Notes: a model not told the origin generated them from the sequence alone. A stretch of DNA of 63,570 nt, filler included, from Globobulimina sp. (GCA_003354225.1; 33 parts of 33 records of this genome joined end to end with filler, not necessarily neighbours in it), one strand, 5' to 3'. Shown: positions 24,536 through 37,813, counted from the whole stretch's first letter. A program made the numbers and translations.

Positions 24536-24997
24536 TTAATTTACTGCACAAACAGCTGCAGGTCTCATGTTTATTAAATGAGATTGTAACTCTTCAACAA
24601 CCATTTCATACAACTCTTTATGATCATAATCCATCCACATTTTATCCAAAATACCAACAAGAAGACCGCGTACTTTATTCTTTTCATCTATTTTGTTCAT
24701 TTTATGTTTCCACCATTCTCTGTTCATAACATCAATATTTATACCATGTGGTGCATTATCAATAATCCATTTTACAGTTATCCAGGCCAATGCGGAATGC
24801 TTTATCTCATCCAATGCCATCTCATACACAAATCCATCAATAATATTATCATATTTCCTCTCCAACATCTTAAATGCAGCTAATGTCTCACCAATACATC
24901 CCCCAATTGCGGCATCTGCAGATATTTTATTCCAATCACCATCAATATCTATAGAATGCGCAACAAATTTGCCAAAAGTGATGCATTGCACATCATC
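24536..24997 (-). CDS. Ferritin-like domain protein C-terminus, 5' partial
   Basis: GGCIGETLAA and ALDEIKHSALAW (ExxH di-iron-like motif). Confidence 0.6.
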   Translation of the reverse strand, partial: DDVQCITFGKFVAHSIDIDGDWNKISADAAIGGCIGETLAAFKMLERKYDNIIDGFVYEMALDEIKHSALAWITVKWIIDNAPHGINIDVMNREWWKHKMNKIDEKNKVRGLLVGILDKMWMDYDHKELYEMVVEELQSHLINMRPAAVCAVN

Positions 24998-25097
24998 NNN
25001 NNNNNNNNNNNNNNNNNNNNNNNNNNNNNNNNNNNNNNNNNTTAATTAATTAANNNNNNNNNNNNNNNNNNNNNNNNNNNNNNNNNNNNNNNNNNNN

Positions 25098-25330
25098 ATG
25101 GAGAAACAAAATATAAATTTAGTTTATTATCATTTTTATCATCGATTGAGTCATGCAAACCATCCATTAAATATATTATTAAAGCATGGAGAAGAAGAGG
25201 AAAGGGAAGTGATAAAACATGGTTAAGTGAGATTTTTAATGAATCCTTAAAACAAAGATTTAATGATAAAAAATGGAATATAAATTTATCAAAAGATGGT
25301 GACTGTGATTGTTTGATAATTGAGCATTGA
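25098..25330 (+). CDS. Hypothetical protein C-terminus, 5' partial
   Basis: Open frame GETKYKFSLLSFLSSI...RFNDKKWNI...LIIEH*. Confidence 0.45.
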
Positions 25331-25663
25331 TTTATTTTATGTATTTTACAGTTTTACTATTTCTTCGAGATACAGGAGACGACGCGGTTCTGCGCATGCA
25401 AAGCAGTGTCTTTATTAGTTATTTTTTTAAAACAAGATAAAAAAAGAAAGATGAATATTATAAACATTTTTTTCTCAGACTTTCTACCAATATAAACAGC
25501 CCAAACTTTTCATAAAATATCATGAAATAAAGTTACAAAATCCCAATACACTACATAGGAATATATGAATTTATACAATACATTTTCTGAAACGTTTTTA
25601 CCATTTTTATACAAGCTAAAACCTGAGAAAAAAAAAAGTTTACATAGTACGTCATTAGTAGTG

Positions 25664-26452
25664 TTACTGTTGAATAGACTGCGTATCCTCACTAGCAATA
25701 CGAGCTTTTGCTTTGGCGATTCTATTTTCAATCTCCTCCTCCCACGTCGGCACATTTGCGATTGACTGCAATGGTTCGTCCGTCAATTCTTGCCAAAATT
25801 CATGAAACGAACGCGCTTTAAAATGATAATCAATCCCTTTATTTTTCACGCCTTGCACAAATTTATCCAACATTACTTTAAATTCATTCTCGTTCACATC
25901 AATACGAAACGGCCGCGTTCGAAACATCATATCCTTTAACATGCCCTCGTAATCCGGCACATAAGTCACATGCCAGTCTGCCGATTCTGGCGGGATTTTA
26001 ATCAAAGGCTCTTCCAACATGCCCATAGTGGTAGGACCGTTGTCGTGCGCCCACGCACAGTCAAAATAGACGTTGATGTCCACCACATCCGAGGCATTGC
26101 TGCACGGCGACCAGATATTTGGCACTCGACGGCAATATTGCTCCAATGTCTCGCCTTCCTATATATTGAGCGTATATGCGGTTATATACTACGCAAAATC
26201 GCATATACATTGTACCAATGCAACAGGGAAACAGTCTTCGTCGAATCGGCCATAATCTGTCCAGATGTCAGTGGTGGTCCATGTGTCGGGTACACCATCG
26301 GGTTTTGTGGCTCCATCATCCAAATCCATGTCACAGGGACCTGGGCCTAAATACATGCCTTTCCATGATGCTAAGCGGGTTGAACAAGAAGGCAAAAGTA
26401 AGGCGGGTAGGCGTTGAGCGTTACGTGTGGTTAAACGTGATAGTGACGCCAT
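25664..26452 (-). CDS. Putative mitochondrial protein of unknown function; exons 26452-26216 and 26158-25664
   Basis: Arg/Ser/Leu-rich acid-free N-terminus. A 57-nt GT-AG intron containing an in-frame stop joins two same-frame ORFs. Confidence 0.7.
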
Positions 26453-27026
26453 TGAAGTGGGGATGGTTATGTATTGGAGGTGTTATTGGATGAAATAAAT
26501 TTCACGATATATAGCAGCCTTTGTTACCAAGACTGAAAGAGACAATGATATAGCACCAAAAAAGCTAATTCGTGATTTTTGCAGCGAAAAAACCCTGAAG
26601 TGGAAAGTAAGTGAAATAATGAATAGAGTGCAAGGATATATCAGATGTATGATTGTGTTGTAGATTGCTGAATTGTGGGTAATAAAAATGATACATTCAA
26701 TTTAATCAAACAAAAAAAATGTAGAAAAATCATTAACATAATTAATATTAATAAGAAAAGATAAAATAAAGTATATAGATCACGAATACTATTGATACAT
26801 TGAGGTACAATAATGTCATTTGATACACAGACAACAGACATAATTGTTTAGTTTGTTTGAACATTTGTATGATTAATATCTATCATATTATTTCGCCAAA
26901 TGATGCTTTTTTTCGTTGCATATACTNNNNNNNNNNNNNNNNNNNNNNNNNNNNNNNNNNNNNNNNNNNNTTAATTAATTAANNNNNNNNNNNNNNNNNN
27001 NNNNNNNNNNNNNNNNNNNNNNNNNN

Positions 27027-28855
27027 GGGGCTGATAACCAGCCGCACCAGTAGCTGGGGCTTCAGGAGTAGACCAATCCATAATTTGAGGAGTTGGCATA
27101 TTTTGAAAATTTCCGCCCAAAGACATTTTGGGGGCTGGGGGTTTAATCCTGGGACCTTGGTAAGCACCCTTGGGCATCTCATAAGACCCAGTGGGGGTTC
27201 CGCGACCACCTGGTCTATCCCGTTGGGTTCCACTACTTCCTGGTCCATAGGTTTGAGAGCCTCCAGCCGCACCACCGGACCCGCGAGGGGGCCGAGGGGG
27301 CAGAGGGGATTCTTTCAATGGTCCAAACCGACGTTCTCCCAAAGTTGAACGTTTGGGGATAGTATAGTCCTCCAGACTACCAACGGTAGTGGTAGTGGAA
27401 GTAGGAGTGGAAGTACGTTGAGGGGTTGTGGAACCAAAAACTGGGGGATCCAGTCTAGTAGACTGGGAGACTGGTGGAGCAGAAGGGCTTCCAACAGGAG
27501 GGGTATATTTCTTTTCAAGCTCCTTCAATTGTTGTGGAGTAAACCCGGTAGCGGGCACGTGTATTGGTGCCGTAACAGGGGCATTAATGACAGTAGTGGG
27601 TACCTCACCAGCGGGGGCTGGGGGTAACACATCACTAGGTTGGAGATCAACAGGTGGGGGTGCAGATGCTACCTCCACTGGAGCCACAGGTTCAGGAGCA
27701 ACAGCTTCCGGAACAACGGGTTGAGGGGCAACCGGCTGTGGCGCGGGACGATCGCCTCTCCTAATGGCTGCCTCTAACGTACCTTTTCTCATCCTTCTTT
27801 TCTTAGCTGCAGTAAGTCGCGGAGCCGCAGGGACCGCTGCCGCTGCGGCTGCTCCAGGTTCGGGTACAGGTGGGGCTATTGGCTCACCCCCCAATTGGGC
27901 GGGGCCAGCAGCACCCTGAGCCGCCGGTAGAGGCAACTCTACGTCCTCAAGGGGAGGAGTTTCACGTTGAGCCTTTGCCTCTGGCGGTACAGATTGATCC
28001 ATTTCATCAATAGGAGATGGGGACCGTTGTCTTTTTGGTGTACCAGTCGGAGCGGGAGTTCCAACATCAGATTGAGGGGCTTGACCTCCGGAAGCGGACG
28101 GTGGAGCCTGCATTGCTTCCACTATCTCGGACTCCTCATTTGAAGTTGAAGTAGCCGAATCTTCTGCTTGACTGTCATCCAATCCCTGTAAATGAGCAAT
28201 TAAAGCTTCAGGGTCTCTAGCTAAAGGTATAAAGCCATTAGGTATAGGCCAATCACTATTCGGAGCGCTCACACGGTCTACTCCGAATGTTCTCCTTTTG
28301 AGAGGATGAAGCACTGGTACCCCAGGGAGAATGTCATCAACTACAAAGTCATCCACCCGTGCACCAATTGTCAGCAGCGAAGGGACAGTATGACCACTAG
28401 GATAGAGTACTGGATATATGGTCAATTCCTCTTCCATATTTCCGTCCATTATGGATTGATACAGATTACGGTAGAACAGATATGAACCATAATCGACCGT
28501 GGGTTGTCCAAAGATAAGACCGATACTACAAATTTGTTTGTAGTCGGTACGGTCAGGTTTAGTATCACCATATAGAAGATACTGTCCATGCGCACCTCGA
28601 TCCGTAGCCGAACCCACTACCGTAAAACCATCCGGATGGGCAACTGAACCGGGGGTCGCTTGCGGATTTTCAACCACATAGCGACACTCACCAGGCTGAC
28701 CACTATGTAAAATAGCTAATTGGGCAGCTAGTTGGGTCGGAAGGTCGGGCTCGAGGGAGAAATCCAGTATCTTCTTCGTCCAGAAAATCAGCTCGAGCGG
28801 CCATGGCGTGTTTTTCTCGCATAAACAAGAAACCACGCCGCAGCACAGCGAGAGT
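27027..28855 (-). CDS. Pro/Ala-rich protein on a GC-rich outlier contig, partial
   Basis: About 610 open codons without introns. Globular-looking N-terminal third and disordered remainder. Confidence 0.7.
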
Positions 28856-28955
28856 NNNNNNNNNNNNNNNNNNNNNNNNNNNNNNNNNNNNNNNNNNNNT
28901 TAATTAATTAANNNNNNNNNNNNNNNNNNNNNNNNNNNNNNNNNNNNNNNNNNNN

Positions 28956-30606
28956 ATGTGAATCAATATTGAAAAATTATAAAATCAAAGGCAGATCATA
29001 TTACATTGACGATAATGGACAGTTAGCAAAGAATGTTTTTAATTTGATTTATTTGAGAGTTTATAATAAAATTGCATTACAATTTGGACTCAACTTAAAA
29101 GACAATAAAACTCAATTAATTATCGGTAAAACTTTGGATGAGTTATATGACTCAATCATTGCAGACATTAAACGCGTAAATTCATTTGACATCGCAGGTG
29201 CAGATAAAATTGATTTCAGTAACTTGAAGATTTTAGAAAATGGATCCTTTGAAGTAATGGGTGTACGGATTGGAAACCAAGAAGATGTCAACAAATTTAT
29301 GTTTGATAAAATAACAAAGTGGCTCAAAAACATTAAATTGATTCGGAAATTGAAATCCGTACACCATCAATATTTATTAATATCAAATTTCTATAATATA
29401 AATAAAATCAATTATTTGGCACGAAACCTATCCTATAATGGAGTTAATAAATGGCAGCTTAAGTTTGATGAGATTTTTATTGGTATCCATAATAAAATTG
29501 TGGGAGAGAATATGAGTGACATTACTGTAAAACATGCGAGTATTTCGTCGAAACGAGGTGGTCTAAGCATGCGCACAATTACACAAATCCAAAGCGCGGC
29601 ATTCTTAGCTTGTAATTCGAGTACAAACAAAGTGTTGAACATGTTATTGGACTCAGATTTGATTCAGTACACAAACCAAAAGATATATAATATGCGCCAG
29701 TTAGCTATAAATAATTACAACGCAAAAGTATTGCGGCAATTTGAAGTCAATGATGATGATAAGTACAGCCAATCAGAATTAATTGATCGTATTGATAAGT
29801 CATATCTGAGTGAGCTGTATTCGACGTATGACTCGCGAGGAAGAGCCGCATTAAAATCAATATCAAATTGGAAATGCGATTCGTGGTTAAAAGTAAACCC
29901 TGCGGTTGGCTTTGGTATCGATTATGACAATGTTCAATTTAGAGTACTCATGAAAAGGCGATTAAATATGCCTATAATGAAAGAAAAGTCCGACTGCCTT
30001 CTATGTACAGCTGAGTTAGATATCTATGGTGACCATGGCCTAAATTGTTCATTTGGACATGGTAGAATTGGCCGCCATAATTCGATGGCAAACGCTGTGA
30101 TGGAAATATGTAAAGGAGCCGGCTTTAAATGTGAGCTTGAATTAAATGGATTGGTCCAAGATTCGAGCAAGAAACCAGCGGATGTCATGGTCTTTAATTT
30201 ATTTAATAACTACCATGGTGCCATAGATGTCGGTATCACAAATATTGTAAGTGATATTGGATCAAATAACAGAGAAAGCAAATTGGTAAAAGCCGCACAA
30301 GAAAGGCTGGTTTGTGCGGACTTGTACTATGCAACAAAAACAAGAAAATATGAGAATATCATTAACAATGCGGACTTGAGTTATATGTACAAACCATTGA
30401 TATTTGAGTCGATGGGAGGTATCAATTACGAAAGTAGGCAAATATTGAATCATATTATCGACGCAAAATGTATTGATAAAAATTTGGATAAAAACCAACA
30501 GAAATGCTTTATTTACCGTAAGTTATTAGGAAAATTACAAAAGGAAAATGCAGTGGCAATATTGGAACATTATGCTCAATATTTTTACTTTAACGATCAT
30601 CATTAA
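28956..30606 (+). mobile_element. RLE-type non-LTR retrotransposon (CRE-like), 3' half of the ORF
   Basis: RT YIDD (29002-29013), GLNLKDNKT, EVMGVRIG, RGGLSM. CCHC finger CLLC...GDHGLNC then RHN. RLE motifs KPADV, AIDVGI, K..KY, PLIFESMGG. Confidence 0.9.
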
Positions 30607-31055
30607 TGAATTTAAACACTCAATCAATTATTTATTAACTTTGCTCGGTCGTATATAAGTTTGTTTTACTTTTTGTGATTGCTTTGCAAATTTTGTGTTG
30701 TATGTCGTTTTTGTGATTTGTACGCGACAATCTTTGATTATTTATTAAGTTAATGTCCGAGCACTGGTGTGCCTTTTTGGGGAANNNNNNNNNNNNNNNN
30801 NNNNNNNNNNNNNNNNNNNNNNNNNNNNTTAATTAATTAANNNNNNNNNNNNNNNNNNNNNNNNNNNNNNNNNNNNNNNNNNNNCCGAAACTGAAAAGTT
30901 TTTTGAAGTTTTAAGATTTAAAATTGCGACTAAAATGATATTGATTATGAATCAAATGGTTTCAATATAATTAATATATAAATTAAGTAGTTTTATTTAT
31001 AAAAAAAAGAGAAAGAATATAACAATAAAATTATATAAATTATAAATTATAAGTA

Positions 31056-32216
31056 TTAAATGTTAAAATATGACGGATGTTTGGACAAATCAGACAAATC
31101 AGGCACTGTATTAGATTTATTATAAACGTGTACCTTTTTCTTACAATACCCAATTTGCTCCAATCCCAAACTTGAACAAAATAACTCATTTGAAAGTTGT
31201 ACAATTTTATCATTTACATACTTGCCATTTATTAATTCACCTTTTTCAAACCCCTGCATTCCAAACATTTCTTCAGTTAAATTAATATTTTTATACAACG
31301 CAACACCATCAGCAATAATCTTAAATTGTATCGGAATGTCTTCAATGTAACTTATTTCCTTTTCCATTCCCAGATCAATTCCATTTTCTTTTGTTTCCAA
31401 TATGTCGCTACGAACTGACCCAAATTGTTGCTCTTCCAACGAATAATCAGCTGTAAAGAAAGTAGTGTCCTGCTTATAAAACGTACCACCAATTTTTTTA
31501 GCAACTTTTAATTTTAATGTTTCAAATTGTTGGCACCAACGTGTTAATACTTGCTTTGTGTCACAGCATAACAGCCATATTCGTTTCGAGCCATTCAATT
31601 GTAATAAATTCTCATTTGGAGCGGCATTATTTTGTATATCGGCAATATTAAAGGAATGGATATCATTTAAATCAATGCAGCCATGCAATATTTGCCGTGT
31701 ATGGTTATTAAAATATTTTATTTGTTTGTATTGATTTAAGACAAAATATCTCCGCTTGAATGATTTGCTGTATCTTCCTTGTTTATACATATATGATTCG
31801 TATATGATGCCACCATACACATATTTACAAAGTATATTCAACCATTTCAGAAATGCACTCAATGTGTTTGTACTTAATATATATGTACGAGATGATAATA
31901 CCAAATGAATTATGTTTGATACATTATTTTTCGCACATTTCTTTTTAGAATTTGATAATATCTCAATATATTCTGGAATTTGGCACTCGTTATTCTGAAT
32001 TACTTTAATTAATTGAACGTTGAGTAAATCTATGGTCCCGCACACATTTCTATCATTCCCTAACATATAGGATTCAGAGGATAATATTTGTGATTCGTAG
32101 TACCTTAATTTTAGATCATTGCCCAACACAAACCAACGCTCTTTGTATCTTTTGTTGAATTTTCCACGTTTATACAGCACGCCTTCATGCAGTTTCAGAG
32201 GTACGTCTTCGGACAT
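31056..32216 (-). CDS. Tandem PH-domain protein
   Basis: HEGVLYKRG..YKERWFVL..LRYY..W and YESYMYKQG..FKRRYFVL..IKYF..W. Confidence 0.88.
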   Translation of the reverse strand: MSEDVPLKLHEGVLYKRGKFNKRYKERWFVLGNDLKLRYYESQILSSESYMLGNDRNVCGTIDLLNVQLIKVIQNNECQIPEYIEILSNSKKKCAKNNVSNIIHLVLSSRTYILSTNTLSAFLKWLNILCKYVYGGIIYESYMYKQGRYSKSFKRRYFVLNQYKQIKYFNNHTRQILHGCIDLNDIHSFNIADIQNNAAPNENLLQLNGSKRIWLLCCDTKQVLTRWCQQFETLKLKVAKKIGGTFYKQDTTFFTADYSLEEQQFGSVRSDILETKENGIDLGMEKEISYIEDIPIQFKIIADGVALYKNINLTEEMFGMQGFEKGELINGKYVNDKIVQLSNELFCSSLGLEQIGYCKKKVHVYNKSNTVPDLSDLSKHPSYFNI

Positions 32217-32813
32217 TCTGTTACTGGAAAAAAACAGAGGATGGTGAAAGTTTTTTGTTGAGTCAGAAAGATGACACTGATTCTCAATGTATTACTGCAC
32301 ATATGCATAAATTTCGCGTCAATGTCCAATATCATGATAAATATCAACAATAAAGCGGATTACAATTGCGATATATTTGCAATAGATACAAAATTATGTC
32401 CATTTTACCGGCAAAAGTATTGTGAATATAATCCGTTTTTCAACATAGACAAATGTATTCATGCTCTGCATTGTTGTTTATATGAGAGCCCCATCGACGA
32501 CGATGAACATCACAAGCTCATCGTTACAATTATGTGTATATTTTATATATATATATTAGTAACATTACCGACCAAATCCATTAATTGTATACAAAATTGC
32601 ACAGGTTATTTTCACTCATTTTCCGATTCTTCATCATCATCATTGTCATCGTCAGAAAATGTGCCTCCAATATTTCCAAAGCAACCTACCACAAAAATAC
32701 CAACATTTTCAGANNNNNNNNNNNNNNNNNNNNNNNNNNNNNNNNNNNNNNNNNNNNTTAATTAATTAANNNNNNNNNNNNNNNNNNNNNNNNNNNNNNN
32801 NNNNNNNNNNNNN

Positions 32814-33273
32814 GATAAGATATATATTTATAGAAACACGTAATTAAAAAGTAGAAATAAAATATTATGGACACATACGTCATAGCTGGGGCAATAATAT
32901 TGGTAATGAGCAAAGTAAATAAATATGCTTTTTCTAACACATAAATCCACATTTCCACCTTTGTTCCAATAAACATGGACAACAATAATTTTTTTATGCC
33001 ATATATTGCCACCAAATAAAACGGGAAACTTATCCAATACATAGCTGTTATAATCTCCGTTTGGACTCGAATTTCTTTTTTGGAGAGAATTGCATGGAGC
33101 GCAATAACATCTTCTTCACTTCGTACATCATAAAGTGAGCTGTCATAATTTTCTGGATGTGAAATAGCAAATACTATTCCTACGAGAAGCCATAATACTT
33201 GCGCAAAAATTAATGAACATCCTGCCCATTTCAATTCATATCGTGACGGAAAAGGAGCTGAATTAGCTGACAT
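32814..33273 (-). CDS. Multi-pass membrane protein, 3' partial
   Basis: Three or more hydrophobic segments. Probable GTATGT donor near 32879. Confidence 0.55.
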
Positions 33274-34742
33274 TCTCAATGTGAGTTTTTAACTTCTTCT
33301 ACTAACTTCAACAAAAATGTTTAATTTCTTCGGACTGACGTCGCTGTTTCTTTTGATTAGTGTTTGTGTCATAAATGGTAGAAAATGCCAACTAGATCCA
33401 CTATGATATTGTCAGCAGGAGGCGCAATAATTACAATAAATAGTGAAGTGGTGAATATGATATCGTAGGTTTGTTTTAGCATAAAAACATATTTTATTCT
33501 GTCAAGTGTGCAATCAGTACCTCACAATATTATATTCGTTTTAATGTTTATATTTTTTTGTTTGCACATCGGATTATATTATCTTTGGATCTGTCCCTTG
33601 TTTTACATCCCAATGAATTACAATCCCAATCGATCACTACAGTCACAACTATTGAGCTAATTTTCATTGTGGTGATCGGACTTCAACTTTTGGAGTTGAT
33701 TGCTCACCACAATAAATTAGCTCAATAGTTGTGTCTGCAGTGGAACTCCAAAAGTTGTGACTGCAGTGAATGCAGTCACTGTCTGTCTGTATAGATTGTA
33801 ATTTATTGACGAATTTGGTTTTATTATTGAAATTGATTTAAAAAAAGCAAAAATTATTGATATTAATATGTAATATTCTGAATCTACCAAACAAATATTA
33901 GGATTAATGAAAGAAATAGATTATGTGATGATGGCTTTCAATTTGGCTCTTTAGCCACAACTGGTACAAAGCAATGGTGGATAATGTTCAATATTATGAT
34001 ATATATATACTTATTATAATAAAGCCACACTTTGAAAAAGCTGAAATGCGATATCTTGGGATTTATTGGTGCTATAACATTCAAACTTTTTTATTTTGAA
34101 ACAACTACACAATTATTGATTGTTGATTCAATGGCTAAGAATGCAAAAGAAAATACAGGTTTGCCAGGATTCGGCCAAAGATTACCTGTTTATTTAGATT
34201 TATATGTGATTTGAGAACTCAGTTTTTAGAAACGAATAACTATAACTATCAAAATTGTAAATCTCTTAAAAATATGATAATATTACGCTTGGTTGAAACA
34301 CGTGGTTTTGTGTTAAAGCATTTCAAAACCTTTCTCAACTTTTCTCCTTCTTAGACAATGTAAAAATACCATCATAATATACCTCATAACTCGTTTGACG
34401 GTTGTATTCATTGTACTGCATTTGTAGTGAGCTCGGCGTTGTGTTTTGAGCGATTGATTATCCTTTGTTCTGTGCAGAGTGCGCTGATTTGTTCACCAAT
34501 TTATTTATAGTGGCATGCAATTGCAACACTTCGCAGTCCCTCGAGCTACATTGATACGGTGCTCCCGTGATATTGTGCCAGTATACAAATATCCCCAACG
34601 ACTCAAAAACAATCATTACAAGGACTGCGTCATTACATGGACNNNNNNNNNNNNNNNNNNNNNNNNNNNNNNNNNNNNNNNNNNNNTTAATTAATTAANN
34701 NNNNNNNNNNNNNNNNNNNNNNNNNNNNNNNNNNNNNNNNNN

Positions 34743-36561
34743 CATTCTTGTGATGCGACACAATGGAGGCAAAGATATCAGTCGATATCTGATAATATGC
34801 AGTGTCCGCAATGCAGCGCAACGTCCACGGCCAGACATTCTGCGTTAAAAATATGGGACATTCGCCAATCGAGGAACCTTCGTCGAATGCCATCAGTTCA
34901 ATGTTATTATCAAAGGCCGGGATCGAGACTACATTTCCAGACTTTATCATTGCCCAAAATTTGCACTCCTCGCCAATGGATACAATAAATTCGCCTTCGA
35001 AGGCGGAGGATGGCACAAATTCCGATACTAACTCTGCAATAAATGGATATAAATGGACGTCATCGGCAAACAACGCGAAAAATAGTCCATGGTCATTATC
35101 GATTAATGGCGCATGCATTTCCAGCGAGACTTGACATAATAACAACGGCGTCAGCTCTTGTTTCAATTTGCTTGCATCCCATCGTGTCATTAACTGATTT
35201 TGCCAAATCACAGACATCTCTTTCATTAAATCGTTGGATAACTCTTGCGAGATTCCACTGTGCCGCACAAAGTTTACTAAATTTGACATTTTCTGACGAT
35301 AAATCAAAGCTTTCTGATCGAAATCGTGTATTAATGACGAAATTGTGGCCGTAATGTAGGAAAATGCCGTGGCACCACATAACATTAAAAATATACTAAA
35401 GCCCATTTCGACGGTGTTATGTGGCTTAATATCGCCAAAACCCACTGCGGCCAACGCGGATACACTAAAATAAAGAGATGCGATATATTTGACTGACATG
35501 GAATCAATGTTTAAATTTTCAAACTCGTCCTCTAACTCTTGGATCCATGAACTATCCGTAAGATCTTGACCCAGTTCGCCAACAAAATACCACAAACAGG
35601 CACTGAAATGCGTCAATGTGATGACTGCGATCAATAATTTTACAATTCTCACCACGCCTTGATGTACTTTTGGTGAATATGCGATTTTATTGAAGAATTT
35701 CTGTAATCTGTAGGCGCGGATTAATTTTATTAAACGCATCAATCGCAATACTTTGAATAAACGCGGAATTCTCACAAAGACCGCCAACGATTCCAACTCG
35801 GAGGAACCTAACAAATAAAATGGAAATATTGCGATTAAATCTAATATAAGCCAGCTTTTGGCGTAATTCTTGGCAATGGCAACAAAGCAAATTATTTCTT
35901 CACCGTCGGCCAATTCAATCGGCGTTAAAAATGCTATAATAACATCGATGAAAAATAATATATCAATGATTATATCAAATATGTAATTACCACCGCCTTC
36001 AGATTCTACGGCAAAGGCAACGCGAACCGGTAAAACGATCAAAGTATAGGATAATAGCAAAAATACCACAACATCCCAGATTGGACGAACCACACTGTTG
36101 GAATTGATCACATATTTGTCCATAAAACAGCCATGTTTGGCACTCTTTGCTCCTTTTTTCGAATTGGCGAAGAATGTGGTGGAACTGTCACATGTTTGCG
36201 GCGACTGATCCGGCTCTGACAATGTACAAAATGCTCCTTCCTCCATGGTCATTATGTCCGTAGTAGACAGCGCTAATTCTGATGCTTGGTCGCTGTCGGT
36301 GTCAGTCGCGGCGTAGACTGACTTTGGAGTTTTAGTGTCAATGTGTTTGGAATTGCTGACGCCTCTCTGTATAACATAGCGTACTCTCCACGATAACGGC
36401 TTGCCATCAAATACATCTTTTAATGTGTTCATATTGTTTGAAATAAACTGCGATTGTTGTGTGCGAAACTTAGTGTTTAATATATCCAGATCGGAGGTGT
36501 CTAGATCGTATTCGTGCACACGTTCATGTACTCCACCTATGATTGATGTACCTCTCATCAT
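34743..36561 (-). CDS. Cyclic-nucleotide-binding-domain (EAG/HCN-like) K+ channel, partial
   Basis: S4 RIPRLFKVLRLMRLIK, HFSACLW, pore AVGFGDI, C-linker, and CNBD GEFIV...GSSIGE. Confidence 0.9.
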
Positions 36562-36758
36562 TAATATATGTNNNNNNNNNNNNNNNNNNNNNNNNNNNNN
36601 NNNNNNNNNNNNNNNTTAATTAATTAANNNNNNNNNNNNNNNNNNNNNNNNNNNNNNNNNNNNNNNNNNNNTGCAAAATAAAAACAAAAAAAAACAGAAA
36701 TTTCCCACTTAAATAACTCAGTCATTGACAAACATCGATCACATGATATTGAAAATAG

Positions 36759-37813
36759 TTATAAAAAATCAAATCCTATGATATCATGTCCGCCGTTTCG
36801 ATTCTTTCTCTTCTCCCTTTTCAAAATAACTGTATTCATCCTAATTCTTTTCGATGTTTTAGAAATAAATACATTGATCTTTTCATTAAACCACCAATAA
36901 TACTTATTTTCTTTCTCAAAAATATCTTCAAAAAATACTTCTTTAGCTTTGTTATGTGATACAGTGAATTTAATCGCTGATTTATTATCACTATAATCAA
37001 TATGATTTGCCACTAAAGCACCCCTTAACCATATCAACCACACTTGTTCCCAATCTTTAAACGCGGCCGAATACTTTGATGGCCGTGTTTTCATTTCAGT
37101 TCTTATTGTCCCCAATGTACCACTCATAAAATGTGACTTGAATGACTGTTCACTTGAATCGTGCATTAAATACGACCGAGCCGAATGTACGTCGGTAAAA
37201 TGTATAATATGCATATCATCCGTAATATAAATAATATCATCACGCACAATAGAACCATCACTTAAATTAAACTCTTTCCCAGAGCCAATAATACAATGCT
37301 CGTATCCTTCATATATCCAACATTTATCAACGTCAATAACATCCAACACCTTAACATATTATATGTATTACATTGAAAAGGACACATAACATTGTAAACA
37401 AACAATACCTGGACATATTTAGTCACTCCACCCCCTGCAATCTTAATAAATTCGTCGGCTGCAACTGTGTTATGTGGTGCTCTGGTCGCCGATCTCCACC
37501 ATTCAGAAAAATCAGCATCTATACGATGATAATCATTCATTTTGTAAAAAACATCATCAATTCCTAATTTTAATAACTCACGCACTGGCTCACAATAAAT
37601 CCATCCATCATGCACCGATCCCCACCATTGAGCTTCTAAATAAAATTGACCATTGATCTTCTTTGGCAATCGGTCGATGATTCTTCTTAAATGATCGCCG
37701 CTTGATATCTTGCGAGGTCTTTTGAACCCACAGATTAATGGCAAATTGCCATCTGAAGGCGTCAGCTTCCGTTTTGACTTGTTTCGCTTCACCTTTCTCT
37801 TCCAAGTTGCCAT
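36759..37813 (-). CDS. Hypothetical basic protein with a chromo-like segment; exons 37813-37409 and 37349-36759
   Basis: A 59-nt CAG|GTATTG...AAG| intron joins the two ORFs in frame. IID..NGQFYLEAQWWG..W..EP is weakly chromodomain-like. Confidence 0.6.

Noticed and set aside
30740-30784. U2 snRNA or spliced-leader target downstream of the retrotransposon
   Set aside because: GCCTTTTTGG only loosely recalls the U2 5' end, and the flanking bases do not match.
32271-32713. Plus-strand 164-aa ORF as a gene
   Set aside because: No recognisable features. Its poly-Ser end is the antisense of an acidic C-terminus (FSDDNDDDEESENE*) on the minus strand.
33300-34642. Possible gene or structured RNA in a long ORF-poor stretch
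   Set aside because: Only short broken frames and small palindromes were seen. Nothing supportable.
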